Shown here: in pieces, positions 27,780 through 37,099 of the stretch
Position numbering within the stretch: the first letter of the stretch is position 1
Layout of the letters: every line of letters starts with the position of its first letter
Assembly (NCBI GenBank): GCA_034189385.1
Contig: JAXHVD010000011.1
Span: 1-64,000, forward strand
Origin: Thermodesulfobacteriota bacterium
Lineage (GTDB): Bacteria; Desulfobacterota; Desulfobacteria; Desulfobacterales; C00003060
DNA: 64,000 nucleotides
Direction: 5' to 3'
Notes under the pieces: model-generated
What the model saw: the letters and a program-made list of their open reading frames with translations, nothing else
Databases searched by the model: none
Told to the model about the DNA's origin: nothing
Translations under genes and position numbers: made by a program

Positions 27780-29171
27780 GTGAGCCCCATGCTTGAGCAA
27801 GAATTGAATGCGTACTGGAAAACAGTTGTGGACACAATCCAAGACGGATTGATGGTGTTGGACAAAGCCGGGACCATCATCAGCGTGAACAAGGCCCTTG
27901 AAACCATAACAAAGTACAGTCGAAATGAATTGATTGGGAAACCATGTACTGTGCTGACGTGTGACATTTGTGAGATTGCCAGGGGGAAAAAAGGAAAGGA
28001 CTGGTGCCTCTTATTCCGTACGGGGAGTTTCAACATGCGAAAAGGCACCCTGATCCGCAAAGACGGAACCTCAGTTCATATTATCAAAAACGCATCGCTT
28101 CTTCGTGACGCCCATGGTCATGTAATAGGAGCCGTGGAGACGGTAACAGACGTCAGTGAAATGGTTGAGAAAGACACACAGATTGAAGCCTTCCGACGTG
28201 AGCTCAAATCGGAAGATAGTTTCCATGGAATCCTTGGGGGCTCTGCCAAGATGCAGAGTGTATTCGAGCTAGTTGGAAATGCCGCCCTGTCTGATGCACC
28301 CGTTCTCATTCTTGGTGAAAGCGGTACGGGCAAAGACCTGGTGGCCCAGGCCATTCACACCATAAGTCAGCGCAGACAGCGCCCGTTCGTGAGGGTCAGT
28401 TGTGCGGCATTGACAGAATCTCTCCTGGAAAGCGAGCTTTTTGGACATGTGAAAGGGGCCTATACAGGGGCCTATCGGAGCAGGAGAGGACGGTTTCAGG
28501 CGGCCGAAGGTGGCAGTATCTTTCTAGACGAGATTGGTGATCTTCCCTTGTCAACGCAAGTCAAGCTGCTTCGCGTTCTCGAAGAGAGTGTTGTTGAACG
28601 GGTGGGAGACAACACGTCTATCCATGTTGATGTGCGGGTTATCTCGGCAACCAATAAGGACCTCAAAGAGCACGTGAATCAGGGCGCTTTCAGAGACGAT
28701 CTCTTTTACAGGATCAATGTCATACCGATTTTTCTGCCACCTTTAAGGGAAAGGCGCGAGGACATCCCCCTGCTGGCGGAATCTTTTTTCCGAAAAATTA
28801 GGTTAAAAAGTGGAAGCAAGGCCAAAGGGATAAGTAATGAAACAATGCGCGTCTTCATGGAATATCCCTGGCCGGGAAATGTGAGGGAATTGAAAAGCGC
28901 CTTCGAATATGCACTGGTCTGTTGCGGGAATTCGTTAATTCGACGGCATCACCTACCGCCCAGGTTTCACCAGGCAAAAAAAGTCGAAAGTACGCCCCAG
29001 CAGGCCTCCATCAGTCGTGAAGAGACAAAAAAACTGGACCTTGTTAATGCCCTTGAGTTGGCAAGGGGTAACAAGTCGAAAGCTGCGAGAATATTAGGGG
29101 TTTCCCGAGTTACTGTCTGGAATCGCATGAAACGGTTTGGGATTGACATCAAGACTAAGATAGATAGCTAG
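27780..29171 (+). CDS. PAS-domain sigma54-dependent activator (NtrC/Fis family)
   Basis: PAS domain with Cys ([11 protein letters not shown]); [38 protein letters not shown]-terminal HTH ([21 protein letters not shown]). Confidence 0.93.
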   Translation: MSPMLEQELNAYWKTVVDTIQDGLMVLDKAGTIISVNKALETITKYSRNELIGKPCTVLTCDICEIARGKKGKDWCLLFRTGSFNMRKGTLIRKDGTSVHIIKNASLLRDAHGHVIGAVETVTDVSEMVEKDTQIEAFRRELKSEDSFHGILGGSAKMQSVFELVGNAALSDAPVLILGESGTGKDLVAQAIHTISQRRQRPFVRVSCAALTESLLESELFGHVKGAYTGAYRSRRGRFQAAEGGSIFLDEIGDLPLSTQVKLLRVLEESVVERVGDNTSIHVDVRVISATNKDLKEHVNQGAFRDDLFYRINVIPIFLPPLRERREDIPLLAESFFRKIRLKSGSKAKGISNETMRVFMEYPWPGNVRELKSAFEYALVCCGNSLIRRHHLPPRFHQAKKVESTPQQASISREETKKLDLVNALELARGNKSKAARILGVSRVTVWNRMKRFGIDIKTKIDS

Positions 29172-29210
29172 TGCCCATCCACGAAGTCCCTACCAGGAAG
29201 TGGGCCCTGG
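29168..29210. repeat. CTAGtGCCCATCC short repeat, copy 1
   Basis: ctagtgcccatcc overlaps the activator stop codon. Similar copies start at 42243 and 43146. Confidence 0.5.
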
Positions 29211-29290
29211 CGTAAGTGTTCAAGAAAGAGCAGTTTAACGACAGACAAATCCTTGGAAGGACTATCTCCTCTTGGATCCAAGGGGCCAAG

Positions 29291-29330
29291 GGTCGAAGAT
29301 TCCCTAGCAGCTTGCTGCAGGGTCTTCAAT
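29291..29330 (-). repeat. Left-end copy of the ATTGAA MITE-like repeat
   Basis: Reverse complement attgaagaccctgcagcaagctgctagggaatcttcgacc matches the left end of 17418-17538. Confidence 0.65.
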
Positions 29331-29531
29331 CGTATTTGGGCCCCTTTAGTGGCAGAACACAGTCAGGCCTGTCTGCTGCCCATCAGTAAAATAGACCATG
29401 GAAGCCTCTTCTCCTCTCCCGATGGTCGATAGCTGCTTTGTTGTCCACTGTCTAGGCTGCTCTCCCTCACAAGCCCGGATCAGAGCAAGGGGGACGGCAA
29501 GCGATGGGACACAAAAAATATTTTTAAAAGG

Positions 29532-29547
29532 GCAACAAGTGTGCCAA
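29532..29547 (-). promoter_or_regulatory. Orphan sigma54 -24/-12 promoter
   Basis: Minus strand TTGGCACACTTGTTGC, near-consensus. Only a 17-codon ORF (29399-29346) with an RBS lies downstream. Confidence 0.7.
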
Positions 29548-30591
29548 GACAGCCGCAATGGAGTAAATGGATAACTGTTTGGTATATAGAGATAAACTTT
29601 CCCAAAAAGGCCGGAAGGGAATTCCCACTATAATAAAACGTGACAGTAGAATGGTTTTGGTGAGCCTTTTGCCGTAACATTTTTACACACCTTCATGCCG
29701 CTCCCGCATTGGAGTTCGAGATAGAGGTTTTGGCATTCCACCCCCGGCTGCGGCCCGTCCTGAAAGGAGCATCCACGAAGACGCCAAGAGTAAGGCGGGT
29801 ATTCCTAGACAGTTTCAGTCCTTTTTGTCAGGAATAAAGCCGCCTATTTCCCACAGCTTTTTGTGTCGGTGCATTCAGCTACGGAGTTCAGCATCACTTC
29901 AGGGGCTCAAGGTCTCGGATCAGGATGGGAAAAGATATGGCGCTGTCGGTTGAAGGCGTCTCCGCTGGCTGGAAACAGAAAAACGGAACAACGGGCCACA
30001 AGATAGGAGCTCAAAAAACAACATTTGAGATTCCTTGGCATCAGACCGAGCCCTTAGAGAAGTCACCAAGGCCGCTCTATTAAAAATCACCTATTTTACT
30101 TACTTCTCGAAACCGTCTTTCTGTCAAGAGCATATTTTCTATATGCAGCATGTTGTTAGTATACAATCTAGAGGGCGCCCCTTCAGGCATGTCACCAAGA
30201 TATTAACGCGGCGACAAATCATACCACACCCGTCATGCCGGACTTCATCCGTATCCCGTAACTGTTTGGATAGCGCTAACGGTTGCCCCTGGCGGCTTGA
30301 ACAGAGGCACTACGTCCCAGTCTTTCGTCGGAACGACAATACTGGGGCTGTTCGTTGCCAAATTGATAAATGGCCGTTACAGGGGGGATGTCGATGCAAT
30401 GTCAGACAGGCCAAGCCTCTCTCACCCCGGCCTTTACACACGACTTCTGACAGGTAGGCGCCGCTTTGTAAGGCCTTACGACGCTGCCCCCTTTGCTCAA
30501 AACGTAGGACTTGGAGCTTGACAGGACGCACAAATCACAGCTATTCGGACAAATCTTTACATATTTGGATCAGTTATGTTATTCTTAATCT

Positions 30592-31500
30592 ATGGAAGGT
30601 CGCGTCATCAAGCCCACGGCACTCTCCCCGGGCGACACCATCGGCATTGCTGCACCTGCCTCTCCTTTTGACCGGAAAGCCTTCGAGCAAGGGGTGGAGG
30701 TACTCGAGGCCATGGGGTTTAACGTAAAGATCCCGGACAATCTCTTTAAAAGGGAGGGCTACCTGGCAGGTTCGGATTCGGAGCGGGCAGCACTGCTCAT
30801 GGGCCTCTTCTCCGACGGCGAGGTTCGGGCTGTGTTGTGTGCTCGCGGCGGGTTCGGCTCCATGAGGCTCCTCCCTTTCCTGGACTTTGAAGCCATGGGC
30901 AACCATCCCAAAATTCTGGTGGGGTTCAGCGACGTAACCGCCTTGCTCGTTAGCCTTTACAGGAAGTGTGGCCTCGTTACCTTTCACGGCCCCATGATGA
31001 CGACGTTAGCAAAAGGCTCCCAAGCTACCTCTTCCGCACTGATGGCCGCCATTACAGCACACAGTCCTCTTGTCTTGACGCCCTCTCGACCGGTGGTCTT
31101 GAATCCAGGACACGCTGCAGGCCCTGTAATAGGGGGCAACCTTTCCACGCTCTCTCATCTTATGGGGACCCCCTTTGAACTGGTCTTTGGAGGGCACCTC
31201 CTTTTCTTGGAAGAGCGGGGAGAGGCGCCTTACCGCATTGATCGTATGCTTTCTCAGCTCCACCTGGGAGGCCGTCTGGATGGCGTGGCCGGAGTGATTC
31301 TCGGATCTTTCGAGGATTGCGGGGCCCTGGAAGAGGTGTACGACATTGTGAAAGGAGTCTTCCAGAACAGGCCCGTCCCGGTTCTGGCCGGTTTTGACAT
31401 AGGCCACGGCGAAGACAATGTGACGCTTCCTATGGGACTTTGGGCAGACCTTGACACAGAAAACGGCAACCTCCGATTCCTGGAGCATGCCGTCATATAG
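30592..31500 (+). CDS. ldcA: LD-carboxypeptidase (peptidase S66)
   Basis: ARGGFG, GFSDVT, HGP, GGNL, LEE..YRIDRML, IGHG. Confidence 0.92.
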   Translation: MEGRVIKPTALSPGDTIGIAAPASPFDRKAFEQGVEVLEAMGFNVKIPDNLFKREGYLAGSDSERAALLMGLFSDGEVRAVLCARGGFGSMRLLPFLDFEAMGNHPKILVGFSDVTALLVSLYRKCGLVTFHGPMMTTLAKGSQATSSALMAAITAHSPLVLTPSRPVVLNPGHAAGPVIGGNLSTLSHLMGTPFELVFGGHLLFLEERGEAPYRIDRMLSQLHLGGRLDGVAGVILGSFEDCGALEEVYDIVKGVFQNRPVPVLAGFDIGHGEDNVTLPMGLWADLDTENGNLRFLEHAVI

Positions 31501-31722
31501 GAGACCCTTGTACAACCTCTTCTCACTTGTTTCTATGAGCTTTTTGATCCCCACAGGGTCGGGACTTGCGCGCCAGCTGCTTAAAACGCTTCGCCTTAGG
31601 CGGATCAAACAGTCCAGGGTTTGCCCACTGACGTGGTCCGTTCACTTCACCCGGATGGGATGGCCTGGGAAACTCATCATGGTCGCTCAAAGCGGTCGTG
31701 CAAGGGTCTCAGAAAGTGACTG

Positions 31723-32811
31723 ATGAAAGCCATTCACGATCTGATGGCCCAGGCTGTTTACGAAGGGGTCTTTCCTGGCAGTGTGCTCCTTGTGGCAAAA
31801 CAGGAGCAAGTGGTCTTTCTTGAGGCCTTTGGCCATGCCAGATTCAGGCCCAAACGGGCTATGACAATAGATACGGTCTTTGACTTGGCCTCTTTGACCA
31901 AACCGCTAGCCACCACACTGGCCCTCATGATCCTAGTTCAGCAAGGGAGGCTCAGTCTGGATCAGACCTTGGGGACCGTAGCCCCTGAGTTCTTAGGAAC
32001 CCACAAGCAAGACATTACCATCGGCGAGCTCCTTTCTCACACCTCCGGCCTGCCTAACTATCGTCCTTACTATGAGACGTTGACCAAAGTCCCATTCCCT
32101 AAGCGGGAACAGGTGCTCCAAAACCTGCTTTTAGGCGAAGAGCTCATCTCTGAACCAGGAAGAGCTTGTCTGTACAGTGATATAGGGTTCATGATCCTAA
32201 AATGGGTTGTCGAGGTTGTCGCTAAGAAGACTCTTGATCGCTTTGTGGAAGAACATGTGTATGGGCCTCTTGGGCTTAAGAGCCTTTTCTTTGTTCCTTT
32301 AAGAGAGGGCCCCAATAGAGACGACCACGCCTGTGCCGCAACTGAAGCTTGTCCCTGGCGCGGGAGAATCCTGGAAGGCGAAGTGCACGATGAAAACGCA
32401 CACGCTCTCGGTGGTGTGGCAGGCCACGCTGGGCTGTTCGGCACCGCAGGGGACGTATCCACTCTGTTGCTGGAACTCTTGAAGACCTACCTGGGAAAGC
32501 CAAGCACCGGCCTATTTCATCACCCTGTTGTTCGCACCTTCTTCCAGCGTCACTCCCACCTGGGAAGCTATGCCCTTGGCTTCGACACGCCGTCACGACC
32601 TGATTCGAGCAGCGGCCGTTACTCCTCTGATCAAAGTGTTGGCCATCTTGGCTTTACCGGGACCTCTTTCTGGATGGACCTTGAGAAGGCGGTCATCGTG
32701 GTTCTTCTTACAAACAGAATTCATCCCACCAGGAAGAATGAAAGAATCACTGAGTTTCGCCCCCTGTTACATGACACAATCATGGACGCCCTGGGCTGGC
32801 GAGACCTATAG
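31723..32811 (+). CDS. Serine hydrolase, beta-lactamase class C/AmpC-related
   Basis: FDLASLTK (SxxK), LLSHTSG, YSD, VHDENA, GHAGLF, GHLGFTGTS. Confidence 0.9.
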   Translation: MKAIHDLMAQAVYEGVFPGSVLLVAKQEQVVFLEAFGHARFRPKRAMTIDTVFDLASLTKPLATTLALMILVQQGRLSLDQTLGTVAPEFLGTHKQDITIGELLSHTSGLPNYRPYYETLTKVPFPKREQVLQNLLLGEELISEPGRACLYSDIGFMILKWVVEVVAKKTLDRFVEEHVYGPLGLKSLFFVPLREGPNRDDHACAATEACPWRGRILEGEVHDENAHALGGVAGHAGLFGTAGDVSTLLLELLKTYLGKPSTGLFHHPVVRTFFQRHSHLGSYALGFDTPSRPDSSSGRYSSDQSVGHLGFTGTSFWMDLEKAVIVVLLTNRIHPTRKNERITEFRPLLHDTIMDALGWRDL

Positions 32812-32932
32812 TCCGGTCGGCTCATGCACACTGGACTCCTCTCCGGCCCCGGCGGCTCGAACAAAGATGGCCTGGCATCTCTCGTCGCCCTTTGACGGCA
32901 CTATCCATGGCGTCTGCCCTGCGGTTTGAAAA

Positions 32933-33868
32933 TCACAAACGGGACACCCAATTCTCGGCAAGCCATTTGTATGACTGCATTCTGCTGTACCCCAGGAAGA
33001 TGGAGTTTTCATCATGGCGCTCATAGACCTTCAAGGCTTTTTCCTTGTTCATATTGGCATAACAATAGACACAGCCGTGGGCGCAGGTGTCATAGGTGCC
33101 GATGTCCCTGCTTTCGGTGCATCCACACCCTTTCCTGGTGGGCCTTACCTTGAGGTTCACATCATGGGGGAAAAGCTCTCTGATGAGGTCACCGTCTACA
33201 CAGCGGGCTTTTTTGATCTTCTCATTCATCAGGAAGTCCCCGCAACAGGCGTGCATCTCAATGCCATAGTCCTTGGCGATTTCTGCCAGCTCGTTTGCCA
33301 AGGCCTTTTTTGTCTCGTCGTCCGGGTCCATGACGTGGACGCCCTTTTCTGCTTCAAGTCTTTCGAAGTTTCTTTTGACCTTGCCGTACATCTGAACGTA
33401 GCTAAAAAAACAGCGCTCCACAGAGCCTTCCAGTCTTGCGGCGAGCCTTTGGAAATTCTTCAGATGGAATGTTGCATTGGTGAGATCTGACATGATGATC
33501 GGGTCATACCTCCAAATGAGGTGCTTCGGGGAGTACCTCTGGCTCAGTTGCTTAAGCGTCTTGACGGCCGTTTCTGTTTCCACCAGATTGGGCTCAAAGG
33601 CCTTTGGCAACCCCGTGATGGTAAAATGGAACAGGGAGCCGTACCCCATAGCATCAATGACCTTCAGCGGTTCAAGGAAAGGCTGAAAGTTTTTGGACCA
33701 CAAGACAAAACATATTACATCTTCTGGTTTGAGCGAAACGATGTATCTTTTGTCTCCGGCAAAAGGGTTGACGTAGCCCACAAAACCGGCCTTCAGCCTG
33801 TTCAGGAACCAATCGGAGTAGAAGGCCGGTATGTCGGTCCTGCGGGATACTGAAATGATCCTTTTCAT
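32933..33868 (-). CDS. DUF1848 domain protein
   Basis: IISVSRRTDIPAFY, WSKN, WRYDPI, R..CGC..SRDIGTYDTCAHGCVYCYA. Confidence 0.9.
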   Translation of the reverse strand: MKRIISVSRRTDIPAFYSDWFLNRLKAGFVGYVNPFAGDKRYIVSLKPEDVICFVLWSKNFQPFLEPLKVIDAMGYGSLFHFTITGLPKAFEPNLVETETAVKTLKQLSQRYSPKHLIWRYDPIIMSDLTNATFHLKNFQRLAARLEGSVERCFFSYVQMYGKVKRNFERLEAEKGVHVMDPDDETKKALANELAEIAKDYGIEMHACCGDFLMNEKIKKARCVDGDLIRELFPHDVNLKVRPTRKGCGCTESRDIGTYDTCAHGCVYCYANMNKEKALKVYERHDENSIFLGYSRMQSYKWLAENWVSRL

Positions 33869-34052
33869 GGGCAGTTCTTCTTCAGGGTCGCCCCCAAAGG
33901 ACTTGACGTGATCCTGTCCGCCGCGCAAAGGGGCCAGGGATTGCGGCTTGCGCCTTAAGAAGATGCGAGGCTTCAAGTGCAGTGCCCAACAAAACCAAGC
34001 GCTCCTTCCAAGGGCATATCAAACCCATGTCCTCTGGACCAAGGTTGCTTAC

Positions 34053-34089
34053 AAAAAAACCCCTGACTCCATTACGGAATGTCAGGGGC
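34053..34089 (-). terminator. Rho-independent terminator after tRNA-Glu
   Basis: cccctgac...gtcagggg stem followed by a T-run on the minus strand. Confidence 0.75.
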
Positions 34090-34101
34090 TTACGATGGAT
34101 C

Positions 34102-34177
34102 TGGTAGTCCCAACGGGAATCGAACCCGTGTCTTCGGCGTGAGAGGCCGATATCCTAGACCGCTAGACGATGGGACC
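34102..34177 (-). tRNA. tRNA-Glu (anticodon CTC)
   Basis: GGTCCCATCGTCTAGCGGTCTAGGATATCGGC-CTCTCAC-GCCGAAGACACGGGTTCGATTCCCGTTGGGACTACCA: 76-nt cloverleaf with encoded CCA. Confidence 0.97.
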
Positions 34178-34212
34178 ACACAGCGGAATGTGTCACCTGT
34201 TGAATGCCCCGT

Positions 34213-34241
34213 AAGGTACCCAATAGGGGGCTTCTTGTCAA
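34213..34241 (-). promoter_or_regulatory. Sigma70 promoter for tRNA-Glu
   Basis: TTGACA-17 nt-TACCTT on the minus strand. Confidence 0.6.
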
Positions 34242-34327
34242 TCCCTTTTGTGGTGCCGCCCGTGGCCTGTGGCCCCCTTCACCCTTCACTCCACTGTGCG
34301 GTGTGCCCTAGTGGTGAGCAGAGAGGG

Positions 34328-35647
34328 CTATCCCTTTCGCGCCCAGGTCTTCTTGTTTTCGATAAGGGCCTGGACCGGCTCCATGCCCATGGCTTCGTTT
34401 TGCTCGATGGCCTTGAGGACAGCTCCCCCACCGGTGAAAAAGTAATAAAGCGCATCGTCTAGCACCGAGAGATAGAGCCCAGGGCAAAGGCTTTTGAATT
34501 CCTGGAGCGTATCTCCACCGCCATAAAACTTCCATGCTGTCTGGTTCTTATCGATAGTCCGATCAAGGGCCTCAGAGCCCTCTGTGTAATGGGGTGTAAA
34601 CCCCATGACGGCATTGACAAAGATAGTCTGGGCCGAACCGATGGTGTGTGCCACCTTTTCGTCGGAAAAAGACCTGGAATCGATATCTAACACGTAGCCA
34701 TAGGATTTGCTGGGGACAAGGTCCTTCACGGCAATCCGTCTGTATTTTCCCCGGACTTTCTTGCCCAGCGTCTCTGCTTCTACGATGTGGGGAAGCTCCA
34801 CGATCTTTTTCTTCTTCTTGTCCAGAGAGACTAGCTTTTGGGCGGCTGCGATGTCTTCATCGGAAACCCCGGCAATCCGAATCTTGTATTTTGCGCACAG
34901 ATAGGTGTTGTAGATGACTCCGCCCAGGATCAGGTAATCCACCCTTTTGTAAAGCTCATTCAAAGGGCCTATCTTGGTATCGTACTTGGCACCTGCCACC
35001 ACTGCCACAAAGGGGCGTTTGGGACGCAGGACCTGGTCCAGGTGCCGGATCTCTTCTTGCATGAGAAATCCCGCATAACCGGGAAGATACTCTGTAATGT
35101 CATAGGTCGAGGCATGGGGCTGCCATGAGCCAAAGGCATCGTTTACAAAGACGTCTGCAAGACCTGCCAGTTGACGGGTAAAAGAATCTCTCAGATCGCC
35201 CCTTGCCTCTTCCCCTTCAAACCACCGGGTATTGGGGAGATAAATGCCACCGATTCTGCGCTGCCTCAGGTCCCTGATGGCCAGGTTAAAAGAGGTGTCA
35301 ATGCCCAGAATGCCCCGCTTTTCTTCCGCCCGAAAAGTAGGCACGTGGATCCTGGTATGGAGCTTTCTTTCAATGTAGGCGGCAATCGCATCTGTAGAAG
35401 TGGCAGGATCGCACGTTATCTCCCCGGTCTTTTTGTCCTTGGGACGCCCCACGTGGGACATCAGGATGATCCGACCTCCCCTTTCAACGATGTTATATAG
35501 GGTCCCGATGGTGCGATCGATCCTGTAAGGATCCCGAATGACGCCTTCTTTCACCACATTGTGATCCACACGGACCAGGACTATTTTGTCGGCCAGGTCT
35601 GCATCCTGAATCACAGGGAGTCGGTTTTCTTTCAGCGACTTGCTCAT
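34328..35647 (-). CDS. pgk: Phosphoglycerate kinase (divergent type)
   Basis: VLVRVDHNV, MSHVGRP, FVNDAFG, GAKYDTKI, GGGDT, TGGGA. Confidence 0.88.
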   Translation of the reverse strand: MSKSLKENRLPVIQDADLADKIVLVRVDHNVVKEGVIRDPYRIDRTIGTLYNIVERGGRIILMSHVGRPKDKKTGEITCDPATSTDAIAAYIERKLHTRIHVPTFRAEEKRGILGIDTSFNLAIRDLRQRRIGGIYLPNTRWFEGEEARGDLRDSFTRQLAGLADVFVNDAFGSWQPHASTYDITEYLPGYAGFLMQEEIRHLDQVLRPKRPFVAVVAGAKYDTKIGPLNELYKRVDYLILGGVIYNTYLCAKYKIRIAGVSDEDIAAAQKLVSLDKKKKKIVELPHIVEAETLGKKVRGKYRRIAVKDLVPSKSYGYVLDIDSRSFSDEKVAHTIGSAQTIFVNAVMGFTPHYTEGSEALDRTIDKNQTAWKFYGGGDTLQEFKSLCPGLYLSVLDDALYYFFTGGGAVLKAIEQNEAMGMEPVQALIENKKTWARKG

Positions 35648-35948
35648 CTTAATCCCTCATACTTCAAGCTGTCCTTTCAGTAGAGACCTCTTTTGCCTTG
35701 TTCCTATAAGCTTCTTGACCCATCTGCGGCCTTGCTAACGAAATTGCAGAAACCCTTTGCACCGAAAGATCCATGATTTAAGGACTTGCCCAGTGATCTG
35801 GTCCTTTCACTTGGCCAAGAGGGGTGCCCCCAATAGCTTATCATGGTCCCTCAAGGGTGCTATACAAGGGCTTCCAACATTCATCTGATAGACCTCGGAC
35901 CATCTCCTACTGATTTACATGTGAAAACCACTGACACCAGTGGTTCTG

Positions 35949-36152
35949 TCAGCCCTGCTCAGGTTTTCTGGCCCCTTGCCTGCGCCCAAAGATGAGGTAA
36001 ACAGGTCCTCCAATGTATGGAACAAAAACCACGAAGACTCCCCAAAGGACCTTCTTCTTAAGGGAGCCTAGGTCGCGATGGGCAAGGTCCACGATGGCCC
36101 AGAAGGTAAAGATGATGGGAACAAAGAGTATAATGATCAGGGTATGGCTCAT
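35949..36152 (-). CDS. PLDc N-terminal domain membrane protein
   Basis: WAIVD..KVLW..VPYIGGPVYLIFGR. Confidence 0.8.
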   Translation of the reverse strand: MSHTLIIILFVPIIFTFWAIVDLAHRDLGSLKKKVLWGVFVVFVPYIGGPVYLIFGRRQGARKPEQG

Positions 36153-36160
36153 ATGAAATC

Positions 36161-37099
36161 CTATTCGGTCTCTGTTTTATCTCGGCCCACACTTCTTAAA
36201 CGCTCAGCCACCTTCAGGATGGTCTCTGCATAATAGGTACTGTGGTTATAACGAAGCAAGATGCGTAGCGACTCATCCCGTTCTTGCCCTGGTCTCCACC
36301 CGTGCTGGTTCAGGTAGTTGGCCACACTCTCAATGGCATCTGGGTGCTCGTGGAGGCGGACCTGGCCATCCCTATTTCCATCTCGGCCAAAGGTGAGTAT
36401 ACTGGAGGGCACAAATTGGGCAAAGCCCAAGGCCCCAGCGTACGAGCCACGAAGGGAAAAGGGATCTATGTTCTGGGCCTGCACATAGGTCAAATAGGCC
36501 TTGAGTTCCTGGTATGCCCAGTCCGATTTGCGCACGGCCCATCTGTCAAAGCGCCCCTTTGCCTCTTGTGCCTTGCCTTTCACATAGCCGTTCCAGAGCA
36601 TATCCCGCGCGGCTAGTTCACCAAGGGCCGCCAGGCTTGAAAGGGTATTGATGACACGGTGCTTTCCGATGAACGTGCCCAGCCTGGACTCCACTAGGAG
36701 GATAGCAGTGACCACCTCGCCTTCCACGCCATAGCGCCTCTCGGTCTCCTTCAGACTTTTTCCATGTTCATGGAGGTAGGCTATGGCCTGGTCAATGGAG
36801 GATGGCGTCAGGAACTGGTCGTAGTCCAATGTGGCTTCACGGTGGGAGAAATAGTCGGCAATTCCTTTTCGGTCAAAGGCGGCCTCCGATCTGGCATAGA
36901 TCCCTTCTATCAACTTCCTGTCAAATCCGTCTTCAATAAGTCGCTGTTGGAGAAAGATGAAAGGATTGGGCCTTGTTGATGGGTTGCCAAGGGCGGGATC
37001 GGTCCGGCTGGCCAGGCAGAGAACGGTCACGACTGCCATGGCCAGCCATCGTAACACCACATCCCGTGGTTCACACCGGTATGACAACATAGAACTCAT
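36161..37099 (-). CDS. mltB: Lytic murein transglycosylase B family
   Basis: YGV..AILLVESRLG, GSYAGALGFAQFVPSS, DGNRDG, SVANYL..HGW, YNHSTYY. Start uncertain. Confidence 0.88.
   Translation of the reverse strand: MSSMLSYRCEPRDVVLRWLAMAVVTVLCLASRTDPALGNPSTRPNPFIFLQQRLIEDGFDRKLIEGIYARSEAAFDRKGIADYFSHREATLDYDQFLTPSSIDQAIAYLHEHGKSLKETERRYGVEGEVVTAILLVESRLGTFIGKHRVINTLSSLAALGELAARDMLWNGYVKGKAQEAKGRFDRWAVRKSDWAYQELKAYLTYVQAQNIDPFSLRGSYAGALGFAQFVPSSILTFGRDGNRDGQVRLHEHPDAIESVANYLNQHGWRPGQERDESLRILLRYNHSTYYAETILKVAERLRSVGRDKTETE

Noticed and set aside
29560..30590. Gene-poor stretch with several 60-140 aa ORFs; possible riboswitch or ncRNA
   Set aside because: No recognisable protein or RNA motif apart from a degenerate REP-like half near 30232; likely decayed DNA.
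34102..34177. tRNA-Glu as an integration site for an island
   Set aside because: I found no duplicated tRNA 3' end and no integrase in the window.
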